Positions 29,012-38,460 of a stretch of DNA of 64,000 nt are shown piece after piece. The DNA comes from an uncultured delta proteobacterium (GTDB taxonomy: Bacteria; Desulfobacterota; Binatia; UBA9968), in contig CAWFJP010000005.1 in assembly GCA_963816145.1 (NCBI GenBank), forward strand, positions 32,001 to 96,000. Direction: 5' to 3'. Numbering within the stretch: the first letter of the stretch is position 1; each line of letters opens with the position of its first letter. The notes under the pieces were generated by a model that saw only the letters and a list, made by a program, of their open reading frames with translations, had not been told where the DNA came from and did no database searches. The translations under genes and the position numbers were made by a program.

Positions 29012-29995
29012 CTAGGCCGCGGAGTCCATTTTTTTGAACGGCAGTTGTTCGTTACGGTCGTAGGCTTTGACCGGCACGGGTTTCAGATCCCAGATAATGC
29101 CGAACAAAGATAAGGTCTTGAGAATGTAGTAGGTAACGTCGATTTCCCACCAGTAAAAGCCTTGGCGGACGCAGCCCATGTGTTGATGGTGGTTGTTGTG
29201 CCAGCCTTCGCCGAGGGTGATCAGCGCCAGCCAAAAGTTGTTTCTGCTTTCATCACCGGTGTCGTAGCGCTTTTTACCGAATATGTGCGCGAGTGAATTG
29301 ATCGTAGCAGTGGCATGGAATAGCACCGTGGTGCTGATAACGAAACCCCAAACGAAGAGTTGCAGGCCGGTTACACCAAGGGATGGCGCCGCTCTTTCAA
29401 GGCCGAACCCGATGATGTAAAGCAACACCGCCATCGATAGCGGCACAGCCTTATCGAAGCGATTGAGCCAGACGAGCTCGGGAAAGCGGGCGAAATCTTG
29501 AATCCGAGCGTACTGGGTCGCATAGTAACGCCGGCACATGAACCAGCCGGCATGGGAGCGAAAAAAACCGTACTGTACGGGCGAATGGGGATCCTCAGGC
29601 GTGTCGGAATTGCGGTGATGTTCTCTATGATTGGCGGCCCACCAAAGCGGCCCGCGCTGGGTCGCCGAGGCGCCCAATAGCGCGAAAATAAACTGTGTTG
29701 GGCGCGAGGTTTTGTATGTGCGATGGGAAAAATAACGGTGATAGATACCGGTGATCGCGAACATGCGCACGAAATACAGCGCGCATGCGGTGGCTACCGC
29801 GGTCCAGCTCCAACCAACCAGGAAGACGCCGAGACAACCCAAGTTCATGACAATAAACGGCGTGGAGCGTACCCAGTCGATGCGGTCGATATTCTTGACC
29901 CTGCTCACTTCGCCGGTGGCATGAAAGTCAGCATTGAACCATTGGACCAATGAGGCGGTCGCAGTTCGAAGGAATGAGTGCTTCATTAAACTCAA
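29012..29995 (-). CDS. Acyl-CoA delta-9 desaturase family protein
   Basis: His boxes HRYFSH, HREHH, HNNHH; INSLAH. Confidence 0.92.
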   Translation of the reverse strand: MSLMKHSFLRTATASLVQWFNADFHATGEVSRVKNIDRIDWVRSTPFIVMNLGCLGVFLVGWSWTAVATACALYFVRMFAITGIYHRYFSHRTYKTSRPTQFIFALLGASATQRGPLWWAANHREHHRNSDTPEDPHSPVQYGFFRSHAGWFMCRRYYATQYARIQDFARFPELVWLNRFDKAVPLSMAVLLYIIGFGLERAAPSLGVTGLQLFVWGFVISTTVLFHATATINSLAHIFGKKRYDTGDESRNNFWLALITLGEGWHNNHHQHMGCVRQGFYWWEIDVTYYILKTLSLFGIIWDLKPVPVKAYDRNEQLPFKKMDSAA

Positions 29996-30135
29996 GAATA
30001 TACCATGAGGGAGGGGACGCTACAATAAAATTGGCAATTATTTACGTTTATTAAAGGCATGGGTGCGGCAATGCGCGCCACATCGTGCCTAAGAGCCGTA
30101 TAAAATTGGGCAATTAGCTTGCCGTTAGTTACAGG

Positions 30136-31221
30136 TCAAAGATGATACAGTCTCGCGGGGTTCTTGTTCAGGATCTTCTCGATGGTTTCGCTGCTCAGAT
30201 CACCGCGCTTAATCAAGCCCTGGGCCAATTGGTCTTGACGAAAAGCGTCGCCATGGGGAAAGTCGGTGGCGGTGATGATGAAGTCGTCGCCAAGCTTGCC
30301 AGCGACATAGGGCAGATCGTCGTCGATGGCGCAAGAAACGAATACCTGTTCGGCGAGCCAGCGGTCTATTTTGGCGCGGTTTTTTACTCCCAGCCCTTTG
30401 ACCAAACGGGGAGCCCATTCAATACCGGCTTCGAGAAAGCCAACTCGCAGTTTGGGGAAATCGTCGAGCAGGGTCGAGCTGAGGATCTGGGTGAAACCGT
30501 AGAGCACGTAGGGATTGCTGACGATACCGCGGCCGAGCGGGTGGATTTGTGGAAACTCATCGAAGTAAGGGCGTGGCACGCCTTCGAGCATGCGGCTGAT
30601 CGTCGGGCTCGAGCCGTTGCCGGTATGCACCGTCACCGGTAGATCCTGGCTCTCGGCTTCCTGGTAAATCGGCCAATGGTCCGGGTGGGTCAGCGGCCGG
30701 TCCCATTCCAAGCCGCGAGCAAAAATACCGGCGGCGCAGCCCAAAGCTTTGGCCCGACGAATTTCCTGGACAGCGAGATCGGGACGGCGCCAGGGCAGAA
30801 TGGCGACGTACCAGATGCGTCCGCCCGACTGCGCGCATTGGGTCGCCATGAATTGATTGTAACTGCGCGCCAGGGCGGCTTCGAGCTCGACATTTTCGGC
30901 GAGACAACCGAGCCACAAGGACGGGAAGACGACCTGGGTGTCAAGCCCCAATTTATCCATGCAGGCGGTGCGTTGTTTGACATCGCGCATCTCTTGCACC
31001 GGAATCGATGCGTCCTTGCCCTGGGCTCGTTTCATCAACGTGGGATTGGAGGCGAAGAAGCGCAGCTTGTAGTCGATCACCCAGGCGGCATTGTGGGTGC
31101 CGAAGCAGGTGTCTTCGGGAAAGACTACCGGGATCGGCCGGAGCAAGTAGAATTCCGGTTCGAGATATTGCCAAGTCTCGATGCTCTCTTCGACATGGGC
31201 ATCGCAGTCGATCACACGCAT
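30136..31221 (-). CDS. Amidohydrolase_2 family protein
   Basis: IDCDAH, FPKLRVGFLEAG, ATDFPHGD, NPARLY. Confidence 0.88.
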   Translation of the reverse strand: MRVIDCDAHVEESIETWQYLEPEFYLLRPIPVVFPEDTCFGTHNAAWVIDYKLRFFASNPTLMKRAQGKDASIPVQEMRDVKQRTACMDKLGLDTQVVFPSLWLGCLAENVELEAALARSYNQFMATQCAQSGGRIWYVAILPWRRPDLAVQEIRRAKALGCAAGIFARGLEWDRPLTHPDHWPIYQEAESQDLPVTVHTGNGSSPTISRMLEGVPRPYFDEFPQIHPLGRGIVSNPYVLYGFTQILSSTLLDDFPKLRVGFLEAGIEWAPRLVKGLGVKNRAKIDRWLAEQVFVSCAIDDDLPYVAGKLGDDFIITATDFPHGDAFRQDQLAQGLIKRGDLSSETIEKILNKNPARLYHL

Positions 31222-31464
31222 GTACCCCTCCAAGATTTATTGCGCAATCGCGCCAAACATTCGGGCTTCGGATCAAGCGGGAAAATAAATGACGTCCCGG
31301 CGTTTTCTATATGATCTTTTGGCCGGCACGGCAAGTAATTCAACGTTCTCGGGAACTTGTCGTGGCGCTTGGCAGTTATTGCCGGCAGGATTGTGCATAC
31401 GCCCTTGCGTCCGGCTGTGCTCGGGCTATGTTGGGCGTAGGAAGCCAGTTTCTTCGGAGGTGCC

Positions 31465-32079
31465 ATGCGGACTCTACAGATGCTAATTCGATTGGCTCTA
31501 GGTTGCGGCCTCGCGGCTCTGTTGCTCATCGCAGTGCCGACCCCTGGCAGCGCACAGACCGCCAAGGCGACGTTTGCCGGCGGTTGCTTCTGGTGCATGG
31601 AGCCGCCGTTCGATGAACTCGACGGCGTGATCTCGACGACCTCGGGCTACATCGGCGGCAAAACCAAGAACCCGACCTACGAGCAAGTCAGCAGCGGTAC
31701 CACCGGACATGCCGAAGCCTTGCAAGTCGTTTACGATCCCAAGAAGATCACTTACGAGAAATTGTTAGAAGTTTACTGGCGCAACATCGATCCGTTCGCG
31801 GCCGATGGCCAGTTCTGCGATCTCGGCAACCAGTACCGCTCGGCGATTTTTTATCACGACGCCAATCAAAAAAGCGCCGCCGAGAAGTCAAAGAAGGCGA
31901 TTCAAGCCCGTTTCAAACAACCGGTATTGACGGAAATTACCGCCGCCGCGGTCTTCTATCCCGCCGAGGAATATCACCAGGATTACTACAAGAAAAATCC
32001 GGTGCGCTACAAACTGTATTCCCATGGCTGCGGCCGGGCCCAGCGTCTGGAAGAGGTATGGGGCGCGGCGAAGAAGTAA
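31465..32079 (+). CDS. msrA: Peptide-methionine (S)-S-oxide reductase with N-terminal signal peptide
   Basis: FAGGCFWC, GHAE, AEEYHQDYY. Confidence 0.95.
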   Translation: MRTLQMLIRLALGCGLAALLLIAVPTPGSAQTAKATFAGGCFWCMEPPFDELDGVISTTSGYIGGKTKNPTYEQVSSGTTGHAEALQVVYDPKKITYEKLLEVYWRNIDPFAADGQFCDLGNQYRSAIFYHDANQKSAAEKSKKAIQARFKQPVLTEITAAAVFYPAEEYHQDYYKKNPVRYKLYSHGCGRAQRLEEVWGAAKK

Positions 32080-32106
32080 GCGCGTTGGAATTGGCGGCGC
32101 AGATTT

Positions 32107-33045
32107 CTACGCCTTAGCTAGGTAACTCGCCATTCGCGCGCGCATCCGCGCATCAGGCAGCGGGCTAAAACCCGCCTGCATATTATCGATTAGGTGGCTG
32201 ACTTTGCTGGTTGCGGGAATGGCGCAGGTGACCGCCGGATGGGCGATGATGAACTTCAGAAAATATTGAGCCCAGCTGGCGCAGCCAATCTCTTTTACCC
32301 AGGGCGGCAAAGCTTTGCCGCGGGTGCGATCAAACAATGCGCTTCCGGCGAAGGGCCGGTTGACCAGCACCGCGATGCGCTTTTCCGCGGCGAGTGGTAA
32401 CAGTCGCTCTTCGGCGTCGCGTTCCGCTATCGAGTAGTTCAATTGGACGAAATCCAACTCCTCGGTTGCCAACACCCGAGCAAGTTCGGCATAAGCTCCG
32501 GCATGGTAATGGGTCACGCCGAGGTAACGAATCTTGCCCTCATCTCGCCACTTTCGCAGCGTCGTCAGTTGCGTACGGTAGTCGACTAGATTATGAACCT
32601 GCATGAGGTCGAGTTTCGTCACGCGCAGCCGGCGGAACGATTCTTCCATCTGGCGAATGCCCGCGTCGCGCCCGCTGGTCCACACTTTGGTCGCGACGAA
32701 CAGCTGCTTGTGAATGCCAAGTTCGGCGGCGATCTCGCCGCCGACGGTTTCTGACCTGCCATACATCGGCGAAGAATCGATGACGCTGCCGCCACGCTGA
32801 ACAAACTCGCGCAGGACTTCCTTCAACGGCGCACGCTCCGCCGTGCCTGCGCCGACGTCGAAGGTTTGCCAAGTGCCGAGGCCGATGACCGGCAACAACT
32901 CACCGCTACGCGGGATCGGTTTACGCAGAATCGATTGGGCCATCGCGCGTTTTCCCATCAGAGCCAGTGCAGCTCCGCTAGCTCCGGCGCGCAATAACTG
33001 GCGGCGTGACAGCAGAGCTCGTTCGGTCAATTTGACAAAGTCCAT
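32107..33045 (-). CDS. Aldo/keto reductase with a Tat-like leader
   Basis: SRRQLL leader ending in AMA; IGLGTW, IDSSPMYG, ATK, DLMQVH, IPATS. Confidence 0.88.
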   Translation of the reverse strand: MDFVKLTERALLSRRQLLRAGASGAALALMGKRAMAQSILRKPIPRSGELLPVIGLGTWQTFDVGAGTAERAPLKEVLREFVQRGGSVIDSSPMYGRSETVGGEIAAELGIHKQLFVATKVWTSGRDAGIRQMEESFRRLRVTKLDLMQVHNLVDYRTQLTTLRKWRDEGKIRYLGVTHYHAGAYAELARVLATEELDFVQLNYSIAERDAEERLLPLAAEKRIAVLVNRPFAGSALFDRTRGKALPPWVKEIGCASWAQYFLKFIIAHPAVTCAIPATSKVSHLIDNMQAGFSPLPDARMRARMASYLAKA

Positions 33046-33205
33046 CGCCGGTCTGCCGGTTGTCGTCGGATTCAAGTCGCGGTGTAAAGGTCGAGAGAAC
33101 CGATTTTCCAGAAATAGACGAGGAGAGTCATTCCATTCTCCGGCCTGGTTAAAATTGATTGAAGTCGATCTGTGTTCCGAGTTTCGCCAAAGCCTTATAT
33201 TCTCG

Positions 33206-33706
33206 TCACTGCTGGATGCTGACCTCGACGCGGCGCGCTTCGGCATCGTTGCCGCTGCCAGCGGTTTCTTGGGGCTTTTGCATGACGATGCGCTCTTCTT
33301 CGATGCCGGCGGCTTTGAGCGCTTCGTGCACGGCTTTGGCGCGGTTCTTGGCCAGTTCTTGGTTTTGCGCTTTGTCGCCGGTTGGATCGTGGTAGCCGGA
33401 GATCACCGCTTTGCTGGCGGCGTTGGCCTTCAAGAATTCGACAATCGGTTTCATGGTGTCGCCGGCGTCATTGGGCAGATCGTTTTTACCCACTTCAAAG
33501 AACAGCTTCGCTGCCGGCGGAATCGCCGCTGCCGGAGCCGGCTCAGCAGCCGGTGTCGGCGCAGCTTGAGGCGCCACGGCTGGCGCCGGCTTGACGATGG
33601 GCGGCAATTCATGGCCGCGGGTGCAATTGAAAGTCAGCCATAACAGTGCGGCAATGCCGATGAACCAGGGTATCGGTCGTTCAGTTGCTGGACTGGCGTC
33701 AGACAT
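33206..33706 (-). CDS. OmpA-family peptidoglycan-binding protein, membrane anchored
   Basis: TM segment, Pro/Ala linker, ISGYHDPTG..NQELAKNRA, ARRVEV. Confidence 0.88.
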   Translation of the reverse strand: MSDASPATERPIPWFIGIAALLWLTFNCTRGHELPPIVKPAPAVAPQAAPTPAAEPAPAAAIPPAAKLFFEVGKNDLPNDAGDTMKPIVEFLKANAASKAVISGYHDPTGDKAQNQELAKNRAKAVHEALKAAGIEEERIVMQKPQETAGSGNDAEARRVEVSIQQ

Positions 33707-33840
33707 GTGCAGATCTCCCGAAGTGACTTTTGAATACTGTGCCATGCAATGCGCAGCACCCTAGACTTAAGCTGAGAAGGATTTGCTTTCAAGGGATGCG
33801 GTGAAAAAGCCGAGGTTTGCCAATCTGGTGTGCTTTGCGA

Positions 33841-34707
33841 TCAAATGCCCATGTTGTCTTCGGGTTTTCGTTGTGGGCCTTTTTTCCGCGGGATGCCGCG
33901 CCAGTCTCCCGACATCCAGAACTCGGTGCAGCAGCCGAACACACCGAGCGGGATCGCCAGGGCCATAATGAAATACCAAAGCTCGTCGCTCGAACCGCCG
34001 AGAAATGAGGTTACGCTAATGACGGCTTTTGCTGCGCCGCCGCCGAAGACCGCGCCCATGGCGAGCCGGGGCCAGCGCTGTACGCCATACTGCGTCGCGT
34101 AGATACCCCAGAGGCCGCCGACGAAGAACGCCAGAAATGGGGCGATAAAGAGCGCGAAAATCGGCGCAGCGCCGCGGCCGCGCAAGGACATCTCTTCGAG
34201 ATTCTCATCGGCGTTCGGCGTGCCCACACGCATGTCGCCGCGGAGCACGCGGAAGAGATAATGCACCGCGCCGTGGATGCCGAGATCGGGTCTAAGGCCG
34301 TTGATATAGAGCGCAACCTGCTCGCGTAGTTTCTCGCTAGTTGCCGGCTGCGGCAGCAATGGCTTTAACTGCGCGCCGGCATGAAAGCCGACCTCGTGCT
34401 CGGCGCGGGCGATCACCACCAGCACGGTCTTGCCGCGCTCGCTATCGCTCAATGGTAAACGGTTGAACGCGTCCTGTGCGAGATCTTCAATCTTGGCGCC
34501 ATCGAGGCTTTTGACGGTCACAATCGCGACATGGTTGGCGGTCTCGGTGCCGAATCGGTGCAGTCGGTGTTCGAGATCTTCGAGACTGGCCGGCGGAAAC
34601 ATGCCGGCGAAATCGCTGATGGTGGTTTTGAGCGGCGGCAAATCGGCGGCTGCCGAGTTCGCGACAAACCCAAATTGCAGCAGAAAAGCTAGAAGAATAG
34701 CGGTCAT
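33841..34707 (-). CDS. TPM-domain (YgcG-like) membrane protein
   Basis: Signal peptide, ISDFAGM, IVTVKSLDG..IEDLA, C-terminal TM helices; ATG overlaps the upstream TGA. Confidence 0.75.
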   Translation of the reverse strand: MTAILLAFLLQFGFVANSAAADLPPLKTTISDFAGMFPPASLEDLEHRLHRFGTETANHVAIVTVKSLDGAKIEDLAQDAFNRLPLSDSERGKTVLVVIARAEHEVGFHAGAQLKPLLPQPATSEKLREQVALYINGLRPDLGIHGAVHYLFRVLRGDMRVGTPNADENLEEMSLRGRGAAPIFALFIAPFLAFFVGGLWGIYATQYGVQRWPRLAMGAVFGGGAAKAVISVTSFLGGSSDELWYFIMALAIPLGVFGCCTEFWMSGDWRGIPRKKGPQRKPEDNMGI

Positions 34708-35534
34708 TTTCCGCCGTCGAGCGCGCCCCGGGCGCGCCGCTCTAACTCCGCCAACTGGATTTTGCTCAAGGGAAAGCCGAATTGCTCGTTGCGCATGCGC
34801 AGACGCTGGCCGCACACGACGGCGATAATCTCGGCGGCGCGATTTAAGTCGCTAGCGGTCTTGATTTGTCCGCCGAGGGCCCGGGCGCCGATGTCTTTAT
34901 GCGCGATTTCATCGAGCAGGATTTCGTGGAACACGCGGGCGATCCTTGCCTCGATGCCGGTCTTCTTGAGCTTACTACAAACTAAATATAGCGCGCCGCC
35001 GCCGCCCTCGGTCAATGTGATCGCAGCGCGTTCGAGATCCTCATCTTTGCGCTTCATCTCTCTGGGGCTCACTTTGCCCGAACCATGCAACAGTGTGGCA
35101 TAACTCTTGGAGTACTTGGCGCGGACCTTGGCGAGCTTACGGTCCGCCGGCAGCCAGGTGAGATCCCGCGGCCCGGTCTTTTTGCCGCTGATTTCTTGCA
35201 CCAGATCCATCACCAGACGCGCATGCTTGGTCTCGTCGGCGAGTTTTTCCGTCAGCTCGGCGTAGTCGTGACGATCGATGCCGCGGTCGATCTTCGGATG
35301 GAGCGCTGTCAGGGCATCGATGATCGGCTTAATCGCGGAGTATTCTTTGAAGCCCTGAGCTTTAAGCCAACGTAGATGGTCCATCGGCTTGCGCGGCTTC
35401 TTGAAAAACGCCGCGATCACGTCGGCTTCGGCGTTGGCGTACGCTTTGGCGAGTCGCGTGAGTTGTTTGACGTATCCGTTCACGAGATAGGCGTGAGGCA
35501 TGAGGCTTGAGGCGCGAGGATTCTCGGAAAGCAC
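34704..35534 (-). CDS. Ferritin-like di-iron carboxylate domain protein (start uncertain)
   Basis: KEY...DETKH...TEGGGG...DEIAH pattern of E / ExxH ligands. Confidence 0.65.
   Translation of the reverse strand: MLSENPRASSLMPHAYLVNGYVKQLTRLAKAYANAEADVIAAFFKKPRKPMDHLRWLKAQGFKEYSAIKPIIDALTALHPKIDRGIDRHDYAELTEKLADETKHARLVMDLVQEISGKKTGPRDLTWLPADRKLAKVRAKYSKSYATLLHGSGKVSPREMKRKDEDLERAAITLTEGGGGALYLVCSKLKKTGIEARIARVFHEILLDEIAHKDIGARALGGQIKTASDLNRAAEIIAVVCGQRLRMRNEQFGFPLSKIQLAELERRARGALDGGK
35489..35519. repeat. 7-bp tandem repeat AGGCnnG x4
   Basis: AGGCGTG AGGCATG AGGCTTG AGGCGCG AGG, in the 5' end of the ferritin-like ORF. Confidence 0.7.
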
Positions 35535-35685
35535 AATAATTCAATCCGGGCTGAATCACTTTCGAGCTTATCGTCGCGCATAACCTATTTCCAAACTTTG
35601 AGTCACTTGCGTTCTACGCAGCCATTTCTCCGATACCGAAGTGTTTCCCACTTTGTGGCTTTTGTGCACTTTGTGGCTAAACTCT

Positions 35686-36201
35686 TTATTTCGTTGGCGC
35701 CGGGACGGTTGTGCCGCAGTTCTTGCATGTGCGCAGTTTTTCGTCGCTCGAAAACGTTTGATAGACTTGGCCCACCGGATCGGCGCGGTAGTCGCCGACT
35801 TCGGCGGAAGTTTCGTAGACTTTCTCGCCGCATTGACGGCAAAACCATTTGAAGTAATCGATCTCACCCGCTTTGCGTTTCCGTTCGAAGACGATGAACC
35901 ACGAGTCTGCTTCAAGCCGCGGCGAATGCGGCACACCGGCGGGACAGAGCAGGATCTGACCGGCTTTGATGTTGGCGGTATGTTCCTGGTTGGTTTCATC
36001 GCGGTAGACCAGATGTTGCACGCCGGTGAGTTGTAGCGTTACCTCATCCGCCGGATCGATGTGGAAATCCCACCGCTCTTTCCTTCCGCTGCTCAAGAAC
36101 GCGATCGACTCCGAGTCCTGCCACAACACGCGCCGCGTCTTGCCCTCGGCTTTGACCTCTTCGATGACTCTAGTAACATCCAGCGGAATGAGCTTTTCCA
36201 T
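35686..36201 (-). CDS. nbaC: 3-Hydroxyanthranilate 3,4-dioxygenase-like protein
   Basis: R.DFHID..DE...Q..G, VPHSP, rubredoxin-like CRQC...CKNCG. Confidence 0.75.
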   Translation of the reverse strand: MEKLIPLDVTRVIEEVKAEGKTRRVLWQDSESIAFLSSGRKERWDFHIDPADEVTLQLTGVQHLVYRDETNQEHTANIKAGQILLCPAGVPHSPRLEADSWFIVFERKRKAGEIDYFKWFCRQCGEKVYETSAEVGDYRADPVGQVYQTFSSDEKLRTCKNCGTTVPAPTK

Positions 36202-36544
36202 GGGCCGACTATAGCGCTTTCGAAAGCGGCGGGGCAACCGGCAGGCAATCAAAGGATCTTTGTTTTAAACGGTTCGCAGACAGAATGGGGAACCGGCACT
36301 TCGATTGGATGTTTTCTCTGAGGACTTTGGCACGCACGAGCTCTCCGGGTCAGCTCTCGCGACGCCGGGCCGGCAAAACTCTAATCAACATTGAGGGCGG
36401 TTCCAAACCGACTCCGGCTGATGACCACAGCCGGGTTACGTGAAAGGGCGTTCGTTATGGTTTTGATGCAGCTACTCAAAGTTTCGCTGATCTGCGAAAC
36501 CGTTAAGTGTTTGATCTCTGCGGGTTCAATTTTGCGAATCGGCG

Positions 36545-36937
36545 CTACTCGTCGGCGATGTCATACAGTGCCTGGAACTTTTCCGCGCTGATGGCGTAGG
36601 CGTCTGTGCCGTCTTGGTTATTAGAGACTAGATAATCACCAGCCTGATAGGCCGTTTCGCCTTCTTTGGTCTTTATTTTTCCAGGCTTGTCGGCGACCTC
36701 GGCCCAAATTGGCGTCGATTTTGTATAAACGCCTGGGCTAACGAACTCGTACGTCCTCGCAAACGATTCCTGCTCTACCGTGTATTTGTCGCCGTTGTTG
36801 TCGACCAGCCAATCGCCGCGCTTGCAGACTTGCCGGCCACCCCATTTATTGTAAACGAACCCTTCGGTGTCGAGGTCCAGTTGAACCGCAGTGACAAAGG
36901 AGGTCGCCTTGCTTTTATGTTTACGTCTAATGGCCAT
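36545..36937 (-). CDS. Hypothetical protein with two tandem PGDYG-like repeats
   Basis: Repeat 1 KWGG..CKRGDWLVDNNGDKYTV..ESFARTYE; repeat 2 TKEG..YQAGDYLVSNN...AYAI..EKFQALYD; GAAGGAG RBS. Confidence 0.65.
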   Translation of the reverse strand: MAIRRKHKSKATSFVTAVQLDLDTEGFVYNKWGGRQVCKRGDWLVDNNGDKYTVEQESFARTYEFVSPGVYTKSTPIWAEVADKPGKIKTKEGETAYQAGDYLVSNNQDGTDAYAISAEKFQALYDIADE

Positions 36938-36970
36938 TTGATGCTCCTTCGACGGTGTGTTCAACCGTTA

Positions 36971-38134
36971 TCATGGCTGGAGGTCGAAGTCGGTCGGAAA
37001 GTGGTGCGCACCGACTTTTGCCGTGCCGATCCATTCGCCGATCTGTTTGAGCCGCGCCATGTTCGCCGGATCGTCCATTTCGTTCAATTCCGCTATCTCG
37101 GCGGGTGACAGACCCAAGCCCAAAGCATCAAGTGTCTCTTGTTTGAGGTCGATGTTGTAACGAAGATAGCTTAGCAGCGGCGCTGGCGTGAGCCGGTCAT
37201 TGCGGAGGTCGCCGATCTCGCCATCGATCATGCGCGCGGTTGGGCTCTGGGACATCCATTGCAGCAGCGTTTCCATCAGAGCTGCGCAATCGTCCATGAG
37301 GGAAAACAGCGCGTTGACGCCGTGCAGCGCGGCTAGGTTGCTGGGCGCCACCGCGGGATCTCGCGAACCGGTTCCCACGGAGGTGAGCAATAGGTTTTTC
37401 TCGCCCACCGGCCAGCCGACGCGATATCCTTCGATCGTGGCGTACATTAGCGCCTGCAGGGCGGGATTGTTGTAGGGGCTCACGCCGCCATCAACAAATT
37501 GTCCCCGGACGGTGTTTTTTCCCGGCGCGGTAATCTCGATGTCCTCCGGTTCAAAATATTTTGGCGCCGCCGTGGATGCGCGTACCAGGCGCCACAGCGG
37601 ATAGTCTTTGTTGGGGATGACTTCGGGTTTCGAACGGGGACCAAAGTATTTGCCCTTGGGATTGTTTCCCAGCGGCCAAGGGCTGCCGGAGTCGAGCCTC
37701 TTGGTAACGATCAACAATCCGGTTTTGAGTTCGGGACTGCCGAGCGTGGTGTGCTCGCCGAAGGTCTCTTTGAGGATGCCGATCAATTCCTGCTCGTCAT
37801 AGAGCGCGCGCAGGTAGCCATCGCGAAGACAACTTTTCTGAAAAACTCGTTGGCCCAAATCGAGATACATGTCGCTGATCGCTTCAACCGTCATGCCGCG
37901 GGCCAGGGCGGCGGCGATGATCGCGCCGGTGGAGGTGCCGGCGATCAAGTCGAAGTAATCGCTAAGGCGAAACCGGTCGTCGCCGCCGTGACGATCTTTG
38001 AGCAGCGCTTCGATCCTTGCCAGAATGCCAAGTGTGAGTATGCCGCGGACGCCCCCACCGTCGAGCGCCAAAATCCGCTTGGGATTGCCGTCCGCGAGAA
38101 AGTGCTCATCGCGAGTTTTTACCTTGTAGTCCAT
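36971..38134 (-). CDS. Patatin-like phospholipase
   Basis: DGGGVRG, catalytic GTSTG, RASTAAP, DGG. Confidence 0.92.
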   Translation of the reverse strand: MDYKVKTRDEHFLADGNPKRILALDGGGVRGILTLGILARIEALLKDRHGGDDRFRLSDYFDLIAGTSTGAIIAAALARGMTVEAISDMYLDLGQRVFQKSCLRDGYLRALYDEQELIGILKETFGEHTTLGSPELKTGLLIVTKRLDSGSPWPLGNNPKGKYFGPRSKPEVIPNKDYPLWRLVRASTAAPKYFEPEDIEITAPGKNTVRGQFVDGGVSPYNNPALQALMYATIEGYRVGWPVGEKNLLLTSVGTGSRDPAVAPSNLAALHGVNALFSLMDDCAALMETLLQWMSQSPTARMIDGEIGDLRNDRLTPAPLLSYLRYNIDLKQETLDALGLGLSPAEIAELNEMDDPANMARLKQIGEWIGTAKVGAHHFPTDFDLQP

Positions 38135-38266
38135 GATCGTCCTCCGCGCTGGCTTCGAGAGCTATATAACCAATCTGGCCGTGAATGTCACTGTGACAAT
38201 GTTACTCGGCGCTCCCGCGGCGCACAAATCGTGGCAGGTGCTGAAGTCTCGCGGATCCGAATATCC

Positions 38267-38366
38267 TCGCCCAAAGGCGCTAAGGCGCAGAGGATCGGCT
38301 AACCAGATATTACCGTCGTACGACTATTAATCTTCCGAACTTCGCGTCTTTGCACCTTTGCGCAAA
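38267..38366. repeat. Palindromic element, family B (CGCAAAG-type)
   Basis: TCGCCCAAAGGCGCTAAGGCGCAGAG ... TTCCGAAC-TTCGCGTCTTTGCACCTTTGCG. Confidence 0.7.
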
Positions 38367-38460
38367 GTGATAGGTTTTCGCTTGCGGCTCCGCCGGACGA
38401 TGTTGACGATCGAAGCGGCGCGGTGATAAGTCTTATGTCAATTCTATTCGGAGGTGTTGC

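Noticed and set aside
33046-33246. 67-aa N-terminal extension of the aldo/keto reductase; likewise hicB 51074..51226 and TPM 34708..34815
   Set aside because: These overlap upstream genes and lack homology; downstream starts fit better.
36264-36508. attC site after the PGDYG-like gene (ACTTAAC on the - strand)
   Set aside because: The partner end is about 240 bp away, does not fit GTTRRRY, and there are no L boxes.
36971-38134. Canonical CBASS (CapV) system
   Set aside because: No CD-NTase, Cap2 or Cap3 nearby; kept only as a candidate novel module.
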